Source of the DNA: an uncultured archaeon
GTDB lineage: Archaea > Aenigmatarchaeota > Aenigmatarchaeia > QMZP01 > QMZT01
Direction of reading: 5' to 3'
Length of the DNA: 64,000 bases
Assembly: GCA_964447525.1 (NCBI GenBank)
Contig: CAYUSU010000001.1
Location: 26,012-90,011 of the forward strand
Under the pieces are notes generated by a model that made no database searches, was not told the origin of the DNA, and saw nothing but the letters and a program-made list of their open reading frames with translations. The translations under genes and the position numbers were made by a program. Positions within the stretch are counted from its first letter, which is position 1, and every line of letters starts with the position of its first letter. Positions 1 through 9,800 of the stretch are shown here, piece after piece.

Positions 1-834
1 AGTCTTGACATTCCAGTCCCTTACATCGGGATTATCGCTCGCCAGCTTGTCCTTGACGATCTTTGCCATGTATTTTCTGGCTTGTTGGGATTCCTTGACG
101 CCTAAATTTTTGGATATCTTTTCGCTTTCGTTATTGATGAAATTCTTCAGTTTTTTTATTTCCTCTGTGAGTTCCTCTTCGGTTATTTCCCCGGTTTTTA
201 ACCGTAGTTGCAGTTCAGCATCCTTTCTCTGTGCAATGTCATTCAGCCGGTCCGTTCCCCTTTTCTCCTCTATCCTTATCTCCGAATGAGCCGTCTGGGC
301 AGCTTCTACCCTTTCCTCTTCATCCATTATTTGCCCCGGGTATCTCCCTTCCCCCAGTTCCCACATGTGCTGGATGAACCAGTCCCTGAGTTTGGAATTT
401 TCGTGCATGATCTCTGAGATGAATTTCCCCTCGTGGTCGCACATGGTGATCTCCAGTTTGGTACCTACATATGTAAGCATCTCTACCCAGAAATGGAGGC
501 ATGAGTGAAATAATGAATATTTGCAGCCGGAATTGACTGCAGAACGGATGGATTTCTGCATGTGATCATAAGCGTCCCTCCAGTCCGACCTTTCGGGAAT
601 GGTAACCGGGACGGTGAGTGAACCGTGAAATAAAAGATCAATACCCTGCTTTTCCGCTATGTATCTTACTTCCTTTCCGTCTGTATAATCTATCTCGTGC
701 GGAACGTCTCCGGAAATTTCTATAACATTCGCCCCTCTGGTGAGACCGTAACCTATCTTTTTCACGATAGTGGCAAGTTCCTCCGCCCTCGCCACGTAAT
801 ACAGTCCCGTGGTCACTCCAACATTCAAAGACAT
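1..834 (-). CDS. Probable TIM-barrel (xylose isomerase/AP endonuclease-like) protein, N-terminal part; runs off window start
   Basis: Not in the ORF track. Manual translation from ATG at 834 (directly after the TAG of the upstream gene) gives MSLNVGVTTGLYYVARAEELATIVKKIGYGLTRGANVIEISGDVPHE...LLFHGSLTVP...AVNSGCKYSLFHSCLH, open to position 1. The beta/alpha pattern with E/H ligands suggests a TIM barrel. Confidence 0.55.
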   Translation of the reverse strand, partial: MSLNVGVTTGLYYVARAEELATIVKKIGYGLTRGANVIEISGDVPHEIDYTDGKEVRYIAEKQGIDLLFHGSLTVPVTIPERSDWRDAYDHMQKSIRSAVNSGCKYSLFHSCLHFWVEMLTYVGTKLEITMCDHEGKFISEIMHENSKLRDWFIQHMWELGEGRYPGQIMDEEERVEAAQTAHSEIRIEEKRGTDRLNDIAQRKDAELQLRLKTGEITEEELTEEIKKLKNFINNESEKISKNLGVKESQQARKYMAKIVKDKLASDNPDVRDWNVKT

Positions 835-2556
835 CTATGGTCCCACACCGCTTAGTCGATAACAGGTTTGTTTGATAAGTTCGTTCAATTCGGCAACCTG
901 CGGACCGAAATAATCTCCGAATGTTTTATTTATTCTTTCCCTAACAGTGTTCTCATAAGGTCCGGGTTTCAAAAAATAATTTCTCATGGGCATGAACATC
1001 CCCTTTAGCCATCCTCCTGTTTTGACGGTTTTCTTTTTGAATTTGAATAATGATTCCAGTCTTTTGACCGATTCCTCTTCCTTTTTGAATTCCTCGTCGA
1101 TACTCTTCAAAAATCTTTTCTCTACCTTGCTCAAACCTATTAATTCTTCGACTTCCCGGTCGAATGCCTTCTCCTTCGCGGCCATTTCCATGTGGAAAAG
1201 AAGCATGACGTTCTTGGACAAGATGAACGGATAAATGTGGAAATACTGGTCCTCCATCACCATGGGACCACTGGAACCTTTCTTATATTGGCACTCGTAA
1301 TCTATGTCCACGAAAGCATAGTAAGCGAACCTCTCGTCGTAACAAGGACCGGGATGCGCTGACAGGATCTCGCCTTTCTTTTTTCTCGCTCCGGTCATCT
1401 GGAGCCCTTTTATGAAATCCCTTACGATTATGTAGTAAGGATTTATCCCTTCTTCCTTCTCCCTTTTATTCTTGTCTGCTTTGTCATGATAAATCCGGAT
1501 TTTGTATTTCTTTTCCAGTGTCTTGCATTTATTCTTCACCCAGTTGTCATATGGATCTAGCTCGTAACCCTGACCCTGTAATATTATGGGCTTAGCCATC
1601 TCTTCCGGCATGATCGGCTTGAACATCCAGAGCTTTGCGTAAACGTAGCCCTGCGGGGTGTTGGCAAAGACAAGAGGATTGGTGAGATTTGCCGAAGGGC
1701 CTGCCCCTCCAAAAGGGCTTACTTCTATCTCCTCCTGCTCCCTTATTTGTTTGTAAAGGGACACTATGGGTTTTAACCATTCCCTGTATTGGTCTATTGA
1801 CTTTTCCCTTGACTGGAGGAGATTGCGGATTCTTGCATATCTTTCTTTCACGTCCGGGAAGAACAGTTTCTTCCATTCCTTGTACAATTCGTTCTTCGTT
1901 CGGAGCACGACGGCTTCCGCTTTCGTGACCTTCATCTCCTTCATTATGTCTTCCGGACTATCGAGATTTGTCAGCATCCTTATGAAGTCTGAAATTATGG
2001 TAGGCCATCTTTTTGCCATGGTTATCATTGAATATCCTTCGCCTGTGTAGGCGTCTACCCTGTCCAAAAAAAGGGAACGAAGCACATGTTCATCGTTTTC
2101 CTGTTCCGCTTTCTTGAAGAAATCCAGAATGTCCCTGTACTTTCTCAGGTCATGTTTGAGAAGTTCATAATCAGCGACGGCCTGAGCAGCGCTTGCCATT
2201 CCTGATTTTATTTTGCCTTCCATCCTTTCTTTTTGTGACATTAAGGGAACGAATGCCGGCGGTGCGGCAGGCGTGACCGCGATGAATTCATCTGCTTTGT
2301 AAACGTTCCAGTGCCACTTCGCTGAACGATAAAGCCATACATTATAAATTATCTCGGACTGCCCTTCCAGCGTGACTGGGTTCAGTGTGGTTCTCTGATC
2401 GATTAGTGCAGGCGAAACCACAGCTTCCCCGAGCAGACCCTTTTTATCTCTCGCTTCGCTCAGAATTTCATCAACAAGCATTCCGGATGGAACTTCTATT
2501 TCCTTTTCCTTCTTCATTAGTCCGAGATCAATTGCGATATCATTAATTATTCCCAT
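835..2556 (-). CDS. Hypothetical protein (573 aa), helical with coiled-coil segments
   Basis: Long ORF; stop abuts the next start (TAG|ATG); no recognised family. Confidence 0.8.
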   Translation of the reverse strand: MGIINDIAIDLGLMKKEKEIEVPSGMLVDEILSEARDKKGLLGEAVVSPALIDQRTTLNPVTLEGQSEIIYNVWLYRSAKWHWNVYKADEFIAVTPAAPPAFVPLMSQKERMEGKIKSGMASAAQAVADYELLKHDLRKYRDILDFFKKAEQENDEHVLRSLFLDRVDAYTGEGYSMITMAKRWPTIISDFIRMLTNLDSPEDIMKEMKVTKAEAVVLRTKNELYKEWKKLFFPDVKERYARIRNLLQSREKSIDQYREWLKPIVSLYKQIREQEEIEVSPFGGAGPSANLTNPLVFANTPQGYVYAKLWMFKPIMPEEMAKPIILQGQGYELDPYDNWVKNKCKTLEKKYKIRIYHDKADKNKREKEEGINPYYIIVRDFIKGLQMTGARKKKGEILSAHPGPCYDERFAYYAFVDIDYECQYKKGSSGPMVMEDQYFHIYPFILSKNVMLLFHMEMAAKEKAFDREVEELIGLSKVEKRFLKSIDEEFKKEEESVKRLESLFKFKKKTVKTGGWLKGMFMPMRNYFLKPGPYENTVRERINKTFGDYFGPQVAELNELIKQTCYRLSGVGP

Positions 2557-2603
2557 AATAACCTGTTAATAATTAGTGTAAGACAATTAAAATTAATTAC
2601 CCT

Positions 2604-2795
2604 TTATTGTATCATTACGAGGTATATTCCCACTACAAGGAATATAAGGCCCATTATAATGCCGTTAACGGAAAAATTGGGTCCTGACTGTGGATTCTGG
2701 TGCGACTGGATTCCGGGAAAAAACACCGTAAGAAACAGCCCTATCAAAATAAACACGACTCCAATCAGTTTCAATGCAATCCATCCTAAAACCAT
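2604..2795 (-). CDS. Small two-TM membrane protein
   Basis: Two hydrophobic helices separated by a polar loop. Confidence 0.7.
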   Translation of the reverse strand: MVLGWIALKLIGVVFILIGLFLTVFFPGIQSHQNPQSGPNFSVNGIIMGLIFLVVGIYLVMIQ

Positions 2796-2840
2796 ACTAA
2801 TTTATAGTTAACTTAGAGAAAATATAAATAGTGATGAAAT

Positions 2841-3353
2841 ATGCCCGCCTTTGCCCGAACAAAAATGGTTCTACAGGAAGATTGCTATCAGGACAAACCT
2901 GAAAGACCTATTATGAAGTATGTCGGACCGAACGTCATTAAACTCTATTACAAATCTTTTGAACTTTTGAAGGCGATTTTCCAATGTTCCGATGCCGACA
3001 TAGAGGAAGAAAGATTCAATTGGGGTAAGGGTGAAAAGGAGAAGTTCAAAGTCAGATGGTTTGTTCATAAGGATATCGATGCTTATACATACCTTTACAT
3101 AAGGGTTGATGTATCTGGTTCAGGTGACGAAAAGAACGGGAGCGCAAAGATACAGCTTAAACCAGTCATGAGAACTGAATACCCGCAGGATACTATATGG
3201 CAGCGCTCGCTTTTTTATGAGATGATGAGGATGTTCTGGCACAGGGCTTTCTATCATGAGAAAAGGGAAAGAATCGGAGAGGAGTGCAGATCTCTGGTTA
3301 TCCAGTTCCAGCGACAGATGAATGAATTCTTTAAACAATTAAGGGAAATGTGA
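2841..3353 (+). CDS. Conserved hypothetical protein (paralog of 3350-3856)
   Basis: ORF after TATA-like AATATAAAT; shares QEDC/QDDC, YxGP and F-x-W motifs and an aromatic C-terminal helix with the next gene. Confidence 0.8.
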   Translation: MPAFARTKMVLQEDCYQDKPERPIMKYVGPNVIKLYYKSFELLKAIFQCSDADIEEERFNWGKGEKEKFKVRWFVHKDIDAYTYLYIRVDVSGSGDEKNGSAKIQLKPVMRTEYPQDTIWQRSLFYEMMRMFWHRAFYHEKRERIGEECRSLVIQFQRQMNEFFKQLREM

Positions 3354-3856
3354 CCTGTATGGCTAAGGTAGAGATACAGGATGATTGTTTTGCGCCAAGG
3401 AGAACGAGGTGGGTAGAATATGCTGGACCAGATCCATTCGCTTTCTACCGTGAAGGAAGGAATATACTTCGTCCGGTTTTTGAGATTGGAACTTCCTCCA
3501 CAGGCGAGCCCAGATTCATGTGGGACTGGACAGGTGACCCTGTCCAGTTGTATGTTCACTGGCTTGCCAAGAGGAGTTACAGTGCCTTCACTACAATGTG
3601 GTTCAGTTGCAGGTGCGTCGGTTTCAAGGCTAAATCAAAAAACGAAGGTACATTCCGAATGGAAATAGAACCAACGTTAAGGCACAATATAAAGGGAAGC
3701 AGACTGGTTATATTTTTCTGGTGGATGTACTGGTATCTTTTCTATAACAGAGCCAGGCAGGGTATGCTCGAAAGGTGCAAGGATCAGGCTGAAAGATTCA
3801 TGAACGTAATAAAGACCATGTATCACTTAGGAACTTTCACCGAAGAAACGATATGA
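3350..3856 (+). CDS. Conserved hypothetical protein (paralog of 2841-3353)
   Basis: GTGA overlap with the previous gene (alternative ATG at 3359); similar length and motifs. Confidence 0.8.
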   Translation: MTCMAKVEIQDDCFAPRRTRWVEYAGPDPFAFYREGRNILRPVFEIGTSSTGEPRFMWDWTGDPVQLYVHWLAKRSYSAFTTMWFSCRCVGFKAKSKNEGTFRMEIEPTLRHNIKGSRLVIFFWWMYWYLFYNRARQGMLERCKDQAERFMNVIKTMYHLGTFTEETI

Positions 3857-3896
3857 TATATTTTGAAGAACAGCTTCTATCAAACAATGTAAGCTG

Positions 3897-5693
3897 TCAG
3901 TTTTTTGTGTAGTAATATTCGCCTGATTCTTTTTGTTCCCCGTCTTTCTGTGAATCAGGTTTGTTTGCCCTTGCCCTTCCGGTTGACGGATCTCTCCTAA
4001 AGGTGACACCGAGACTTTTCAGGAACGAGTTCATTCCTTCTTGGATTTCACACGGAGTCCTTCCAAGACCGACGGAACCCGACTTCCCTTCGAAAACCAT
4101 TATTCTGTCCGAAACAGAGTCGATGACCTGAAGATCATGATCTATAACGAATGCAGAAACTCCATGTTCTTCGATGTGTGAACGAATAATTTTGCAGACA
4201 CTGAGCCGCTGTTCTACATCCAAGAAAGCGGATGGCTCATCCATGAGAATTATGTCATGTTCCTTTCCCAATGAAGTGGCTATGAACACCGCCTGCAGTT
4301 CACCCCCTGAAAGATTCTTCATTTTTTTATCGAGATTTCTCGTTATACCGATAGATTCCAGAAGCCTTTTAAATTCCGAATCCATGCAGGTTTTACCGGA
4401 TTTTTTTTCGAGATAATCCTTCACCATCATTTCATTTTCTTTTTTCTTTATAACCAGTCTTTGCGGTTTGTAAGATATCTTGAGACCTTCCAATGATTTC
4501 CCTTTATCCGGTTCCAGCTCACCGACCATCATCTTTATGAAGGTGGTCTTTCCTATGCTGTTTGGACCAAGTATTCCTATTATTTCACTCCGATAAATTT
4601 CGCCTGCCTCCGTTCGCATTTCGAAACCATCGAATTTTTTAGAGAATTCCGTGAAATCCAGAAATTTCTGGTTTTTAACCGAAAGTTGCGGTCTGTTGCT
4701 GAATGTTATAGGTTTTTCACGGAAGCGAACGTTCTCTTCCTTTATGTAACCTTCCAGATAAGTGTTTATTCCCACCCTCACACCAGCCGGTTTGGAAACG
4801 ACACCGAAAACGCCGGGCTTTCCGTATAGGATGTGAACGTCATCGCTTAGATAATCCAGTATCGCAAGATCATGTTCAACCACCATTATCATGGATTTTT
4901 CGGAAAGAGAACGGATTACCCTTGCGACCAGAAGTCTCTGTTTGACATCGAGATAAGACGATGGTTCGTCGAAAAAATACAGATCGGAGTCCTTGGAAAG
5001 AACGGCGATTATCGCGAGAAGTTGCAGTTCACCACCGGAAAGGTCTGATACGTTTTTATTGAGCATCTTCGTTATCTCAAATTTTTCAGCCAGTTTCAGG
5101 ATCTTGTTTTCGTTGCTGGTTTTCTCCAGCAGTTTTTGAACATTTCCTGACCATGTATTGGGTATCAGGTCTACGTGTTGCGGTTTATATCCAACAGTTA
5201 TTCCACCCTCTTTAAGAGTTTCGAGATATCTTTGCAATTCTGTTCCTTTGAATTTTTCAATGAATGTGTCCCAATTGAACTTCTTTCCAGGTATTCCAGT
5301 ATTTGGTTGGATGTCCCCTGAAAGGACGTTAAGGACCGTCGTTTTCCCGACACCGTTAGGACCGATGAGGCCGACGACCATGTTTTTCCTTGGTATGGGA
5401 AGCCGGAATAACGCAAAACCGTTCCTTCCATATCTGTGGACGGGGTTCTCTTCCAGCTCCTTCGGAAGGTTGACGACGGAAAGCGCGTGGAATCCCATTT
5501 TATCGCATTTCTTTATGCATAAAAGGCACCCTATGCACAGTTCCTCGTTTATTACAGGGAAAACTCCTCCTTCCTCTATGTAGATGCATTCTTCCCCGCT
5601 CCTGTTAACAGGACACGCTTTCTGGCAGTGATATCCACACTTAACGTTCCTGCAGAGTTCCTTGTCGATCACAGCTATCCTTTTTTTCCCCAT
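3897..5693 (-). CDS. rli: ABCE1/Rli1 ribosome recycling ATPase
   Basis: N-terminal Fe-S Cys motifs (CRNVKCGYHCQKACP, CIGCLLCIKKC); two ABC domains (GPNGVGKTT, LSGGELQ, DEPSSYLD; GPNSIGKTT, DEPSAFLD); C-terminal TFRRDP...RANKPDSQKD...GEYYY. Confidence 0.97.
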   Translation of the reverse strand: MGKKRIAVIDKELCRNVKCGYHCQKACPVNRSGEECIYIEEGGVFPVINEELCIGCLLCIKKCDKMGFHALSVVNLPKELEENPVHRYGRNGFALFRLPIPRKNMVVGLIGPNGVGKTTVLNVLSGDIQPNTGIPGKKFNWDTFIEKFKGTELQRYLETLKEGGITVGYKPQHVDLIPNTWSGNVQKLLEKTSNENKILKLAEKFEITKMLNKNVSDLSGGELQLLAIIAVLSKDSDLYFFDEPSSYLDVKQRLLVARVIRSLSEKSMIMVVEHDLAILDYLSDDVHILYGKPGVFGVVSKPAGVRVGINTYLEGYIKEENVRFREKPITFSNRPQLSVKNQKFLDFTEFSKKFDGFEMRTEAGEIYRSEIIGILGPNSIGKTTFIKMMVGELEPDKGKSLEGLKISYKPQRLVIKKKENEMMVKDYLEKKSGKTCMDSEFKRLLESIGITRNLDKKMKNLSGGELQAVFIATSLGKEHDIILMDEPSAFLDVEQRLSVCKIIRSHIEEHGVSAFVIDHDLQVIDSVSDRIMVFEGKSGSVGLGRTPCEIQEGMNSFLKSLGVTFRRDPSTGRARANKPDSQKDGEQKESGEYYYTKN

Positions 5694-5705
5694 AATACCG
5701 CCGAA

Positions 5706-6119
5706 TTAATTGTTTTTGAAACGTGTTAATAAATTCTTGTTCGGCCAGAGTTTAAAATCAATGCTTTTCAGAGAAATCCATGAACCAACCATCGCGCCGG
5801 CGGTATCCACCAAAACATCGATGATGTCCATCACCCTGGTGGGAACGAATAACTGGATAGTCTCGCATAACGTTCCTACGAAGAATCCGGCCAGTATAGG
5901 GAGCAATAATATTTTTCTCTTTCCATGCCCGAGATTGATCATCAATCTGCTGAATATGAACGCGTAGACGAGATAAGCGATGAAATGTTCCACATCACCG
6001 CCCCGCATGAAGTCCGTTTCTACCGTAGCGAATGACGGAATGAAAGAGAACCATAACAATACTATAGTTTCTGCCAAAAACAGCGCGAGATAAATATAGA
6101 ATTTGAAGTTCTTCCCCAT
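5706..6119 (-). CDS. VanZ family membrane protein
   Basis: HFIAY, ETIQLFVPTR and DIIDVLVDTAG motifs; 4 TM. Confidence 0.85.
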   Translation of the reverse strand: MGKNFKFYIYLALFLAETIVLLWFSFIPSFATVETDFMRGGDVEHFIAYLVYAFIFSRLMINLGHGKRKILLLPILAGFFVGTLCETIQLFVPTRVMDIIDVLVDTAGAMVGSWISLKSIDFKLWPNKNLLTRFKNN

Positions 6120-6152
6120 ATCCTTTTCTTGATCGGTGTGGTTAAAAAAAGT

Positions 6153-6890
6153 TTACTTCTTCCCTTTCCTGCGTTTCCTCTTCTTCGCGATCACCAATGA
6201 GATGACCACAATTATAATAATTATTATCACTGCTATGATCATGTAGTCTTCGATATCCTGAGGGTTTGTTATGCTTTCAACAACGTTATTGATATCATCC
6301 ATACCAATTACTGGTATACCTTCGTTTTCTTCTTGGTTATCTCCCTCCGGAATTGCGTTATCCTCCTCTTCGTTACCCTGTGGTATTTCTCCGACCTGAT
6401 CACCAGCGATAACCGCAGGTTCTCCCGGAAGATCTGATCCTTCTCCTACATCGGATGGAGGGCTCGATGTTCCGTCGACCATCGGGCATTCATTCCCGTC
6501 CTGTGAGGTGAAATATATTATCCTCTTTTCGAGGCCCGCATGTATATCGTCCATGCTGATAAAGAAATCGTATTTTCCGAAAAGAATGGCTGGAATGTAT
6601 CTGTAAATTCCGTATTTCTGCCGGTACTGATCGAATACCTGCTCATTCCCCTGAACGTCGAGATCGTATGTTATTACCATCGTGTTGTTGTATATTTGTG
6701 TCATGTTCTGGATGAATTCATCTATGGTCAGGCAGTTGAGACAGTTCTGTTCGGTGAAATGAATAAAGCATACGTCATTCGTCTCTTGTGACATAATTCC
6801 TGGTGCAATTAAAAGAAAAAATAATATTGGAATCATTACCAAAATCCATTTCATACTTAATTTTTTATTTGGTTTGATATTTATCCCCAT
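6153..6890 (-). CDS. Membrane-anchored extracellular thioredoxin/glutaredoxin-like protein
   Basis: Signal peptide, F-x4-CLNC (CxxC), IPAILFG cis-Pro-like motif, acidic linker, C-terminal TM with basic tail. Confidence 0.65.
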   Translation of the reverse strand: MGINIKPNKKLSMKWILVMIPILFFLLIAPGIMSQETNDVCFIHFTEQNCLNCLTIDEFIQNMTQIYNNTMVITYDLDVQGNEQVFDQYRQKYGIYRYIPAILFGKYDFFISMDDIHAGLEKRIIYFTSQDGNECPMVDGTSSPPSDVGEGSDLPGEPAVIAGDQVGEIPQGNEEEDNAIPEGDNQEENEGIPVIGMDDINNVVESITNPQDIEDYMIIAVIIIIIIVVISLVIAKKRKRRKGKK

Positions 6891-9800
6891 ATCCTTATCT
6901 CCAGTTCAGAAGGTCCCCATAGCGACGGTATCTGTGATATGTATTCCGAAACGAAGCTGACTTCATGAGTGATTTCCAGATCTATCGGATTGGACTGGTT
7001 CACTGCATCGTATGGATCAACAACGGTTCCTGATCCGTACGTGTCCGGATTTTGATCGTTAATGAAATCCAGCATGTCCATGAGTCTCATGAACGCATCG
7101 TCTATGCTGTCATTCTGCGGGTCAAAAACGTCCGAAGGATAAGGACCAATCTGAACACTGGTTGATCCGTCCGGTGAGTTGTCGCCGTTGTTGTCGTAAT
7201 AAATGGTGACCGTCGATCCTTTAAGTTTATGAAAAACATCGCTGTATCCCTGTAACCCTATCCCGGTTATTCCCAGTGTATATATTACGCGGGAATCCGG
7301 TGATCCTCCCGTCCCGTTTGTCGGGCCGAGACCTGTTCCTATCCGGACAGAATTGTTCCCTCCGGGTGTTAGGAGATTTACCGGTATGTTAATGATGTAT
7401 GGATCTCCTATGTCCTCGTAATTCCCTGAAAAATTCCCGAGCCAGTAAACGTTGGTCCAGTTCTGGTTGGGCGTGTTGGAAGAATTGATCCATAATCTGT
7501 CTGCCCAGTAATATGAAGAATACGCAGTGATCTTTGAATCCAAAATTCTGGTATTGTTCTGTATGAAGAACCATCCTTCCTTGGTGCCAGTGGCATTATC
7601 GGTTATTGTCGCGTTTCCGGTCGAGTTTTCCAGCCTTGTGGATTCATACGTAAGCGTTATCTCTCCGTAACTCAATGGTTCCGAGATTGGAGTGTATTCA
7701 TACGAAATGTAAGAATCCGGGTATAGCGTATTGTTGGTTTCGACATCTCCGGTTATAACGACGGCCTGTGCCTTGAATGCTATTTCCAGAATGTCCTTGG
7801 CTATCTTCTCGTAAATCTCGACAAGCTCGTCTGAATCATCACTGACATAGAAATTAGAACAATTATCACAGCATGCTATATCCCTAAGAGTGTCTGTGTC
7901 GGCACCTGATCCGAATGCGACGGAATATATACTTATGTTGTACTTGTTGTGCGCTTCGCATGCCTTGTCTATCGCTTCCTGAGAAGGTGTGGAGGCTCCG
8001 TCCTGACAGTTATTACAATCCCCTATCCTCGTGTTGGCGTGCCCGTCGCTCATAACTAACATCGCCTTGAAACGGTCGTAAGGGAAGGATTCGTTGCTCT
8101 CCGTAGTTGTTATCATAACGTTCCGGAAAGACCAATAATTATCGCTTCCAGGTCTTTTGCAGCCGCCGTCTATGCTTGTCCCGGCGTCTTCCATAGTTCC
8201 TGCAGTGAACGTGATGTTGTTTCCCCCTTCGTTCAGCCAGAATGTCGGGAGATCGAAAGTTACGTTCTGCCAGATATTCGTCCCATTCCATTCCTGATGC
8301 CTTATCCTGCCAACAAAATAATCGTTCAGATATACGCAGTTATAATAATACGGATCCACGTTGTTTGCCTCGAACACGATTCTCGCTGCTTTCAGTCTGG
8401 AAGTGTTTATTTCCATGTCCATGGTTACGTTTATCATATAATTGGTTGGTGGAGCGTAGTATGACGAATTCGTTAACCCGATAGAGATGTCATCGAATCT
8501 GAAATATCCCCATTCCGAGCTTTCAGTCCCGAGAATTTTCCCACCTATATCAAGATAATAAAGTCCCGGACCTTCGATCCATTGCGTAAGATTCTGGTAG
8601 AAATTACCGGAGAAATCGTCATCCGGATTGTCCCTCGTATCTATCTCTTCGTCCCCGTCAGATCCGTCATCTCCTGTGTCAAGATCACTTCCAAGATAAT
8701 GATAACCCGAAGTTGGTGAATACCATCGTCCCTTTATCCAGACCTGATCAGAACCCTCAAATGGATTATCGTTCCCATCCCATTCGTAGTCCATCGAAAA
8801 ATATACCCAATCCCCTGCCAAAATGCTTGAATAAACATCATCTGTTATGTTGACTTCGATTCCGTACGCCCCGGAGCAATCATAATCGGAGCATCTATTT
8901 CTTGAAGGAGAACCAGTTCTCATGTCCAGTTCCAATTTACCTCCGGTCACAGGAGCGTAATCCACGTTGTCGTCCCATCCGTACGGACCGACACCGTTCT
9001 GAAGATCCCAGTCCCATCCGTCATCTCCTGCCCCCGGACCGAATGTAGTGAATGTCCAGTTCAGTCCGCTGGTGAAATCGATCGGGTACGGTAGGTCGGT
9101 TGCCAGTTCCCACATGTCAATATAGTTCTTGATAAGGAACCCGCCGGGATAATTGATATATGTTTCCTGATTATCGGAAAACTCGGTCACATTTCTGGTA
9201 AGGTTCTGAAGTTCCCACAATGTTATCCTGACGTCCTTGAAGTTCCAGTCGTCATGGCTGCCGCCGATTTCATTGCAGTCAATCGTTGTCCCTGAAGTAA
9301 GGGTTACTGTATTTATTCCCTGATTGAGCCAATCCTGCTTCAAGTCGAATATACAGTCATGATAACCATCGGAATTGTCTTCTGCCGGATAGCACATCCT
9401 GCCAAGGTATCTACCGTTCAGATAAACACAATTTTTGTAATTCTTGTTGCCGGCGTCAATATCCCTTCCGAACACACTGAGCCTCGCCTTTACGATTTTC
9501 TGTTGATCGAAAGTTATGTTAACATTCACATCGGCGGATCTCGGCTTCCCACCATAATCATCGCCAATATCATACCAAGTCGTATTCACTTCTGATGTCA
9601 TGTTGGTTCCGTGTAGTGTTTGTGTTTCCATCACAAGTTTAGTGGCGGATTCAACTCCGCAGGAAACGCATGTCCATCCGCACCATTCGTTTGCGTAATC
9701 GTCTATTCTTGTCCTCAGGGATTCGTTGTCGTCGGTCATATCTCTGAAAGAGCAGACAGGACTCGCTCTTTTTCCGTAACCTATCATACCCACCCTGTTT

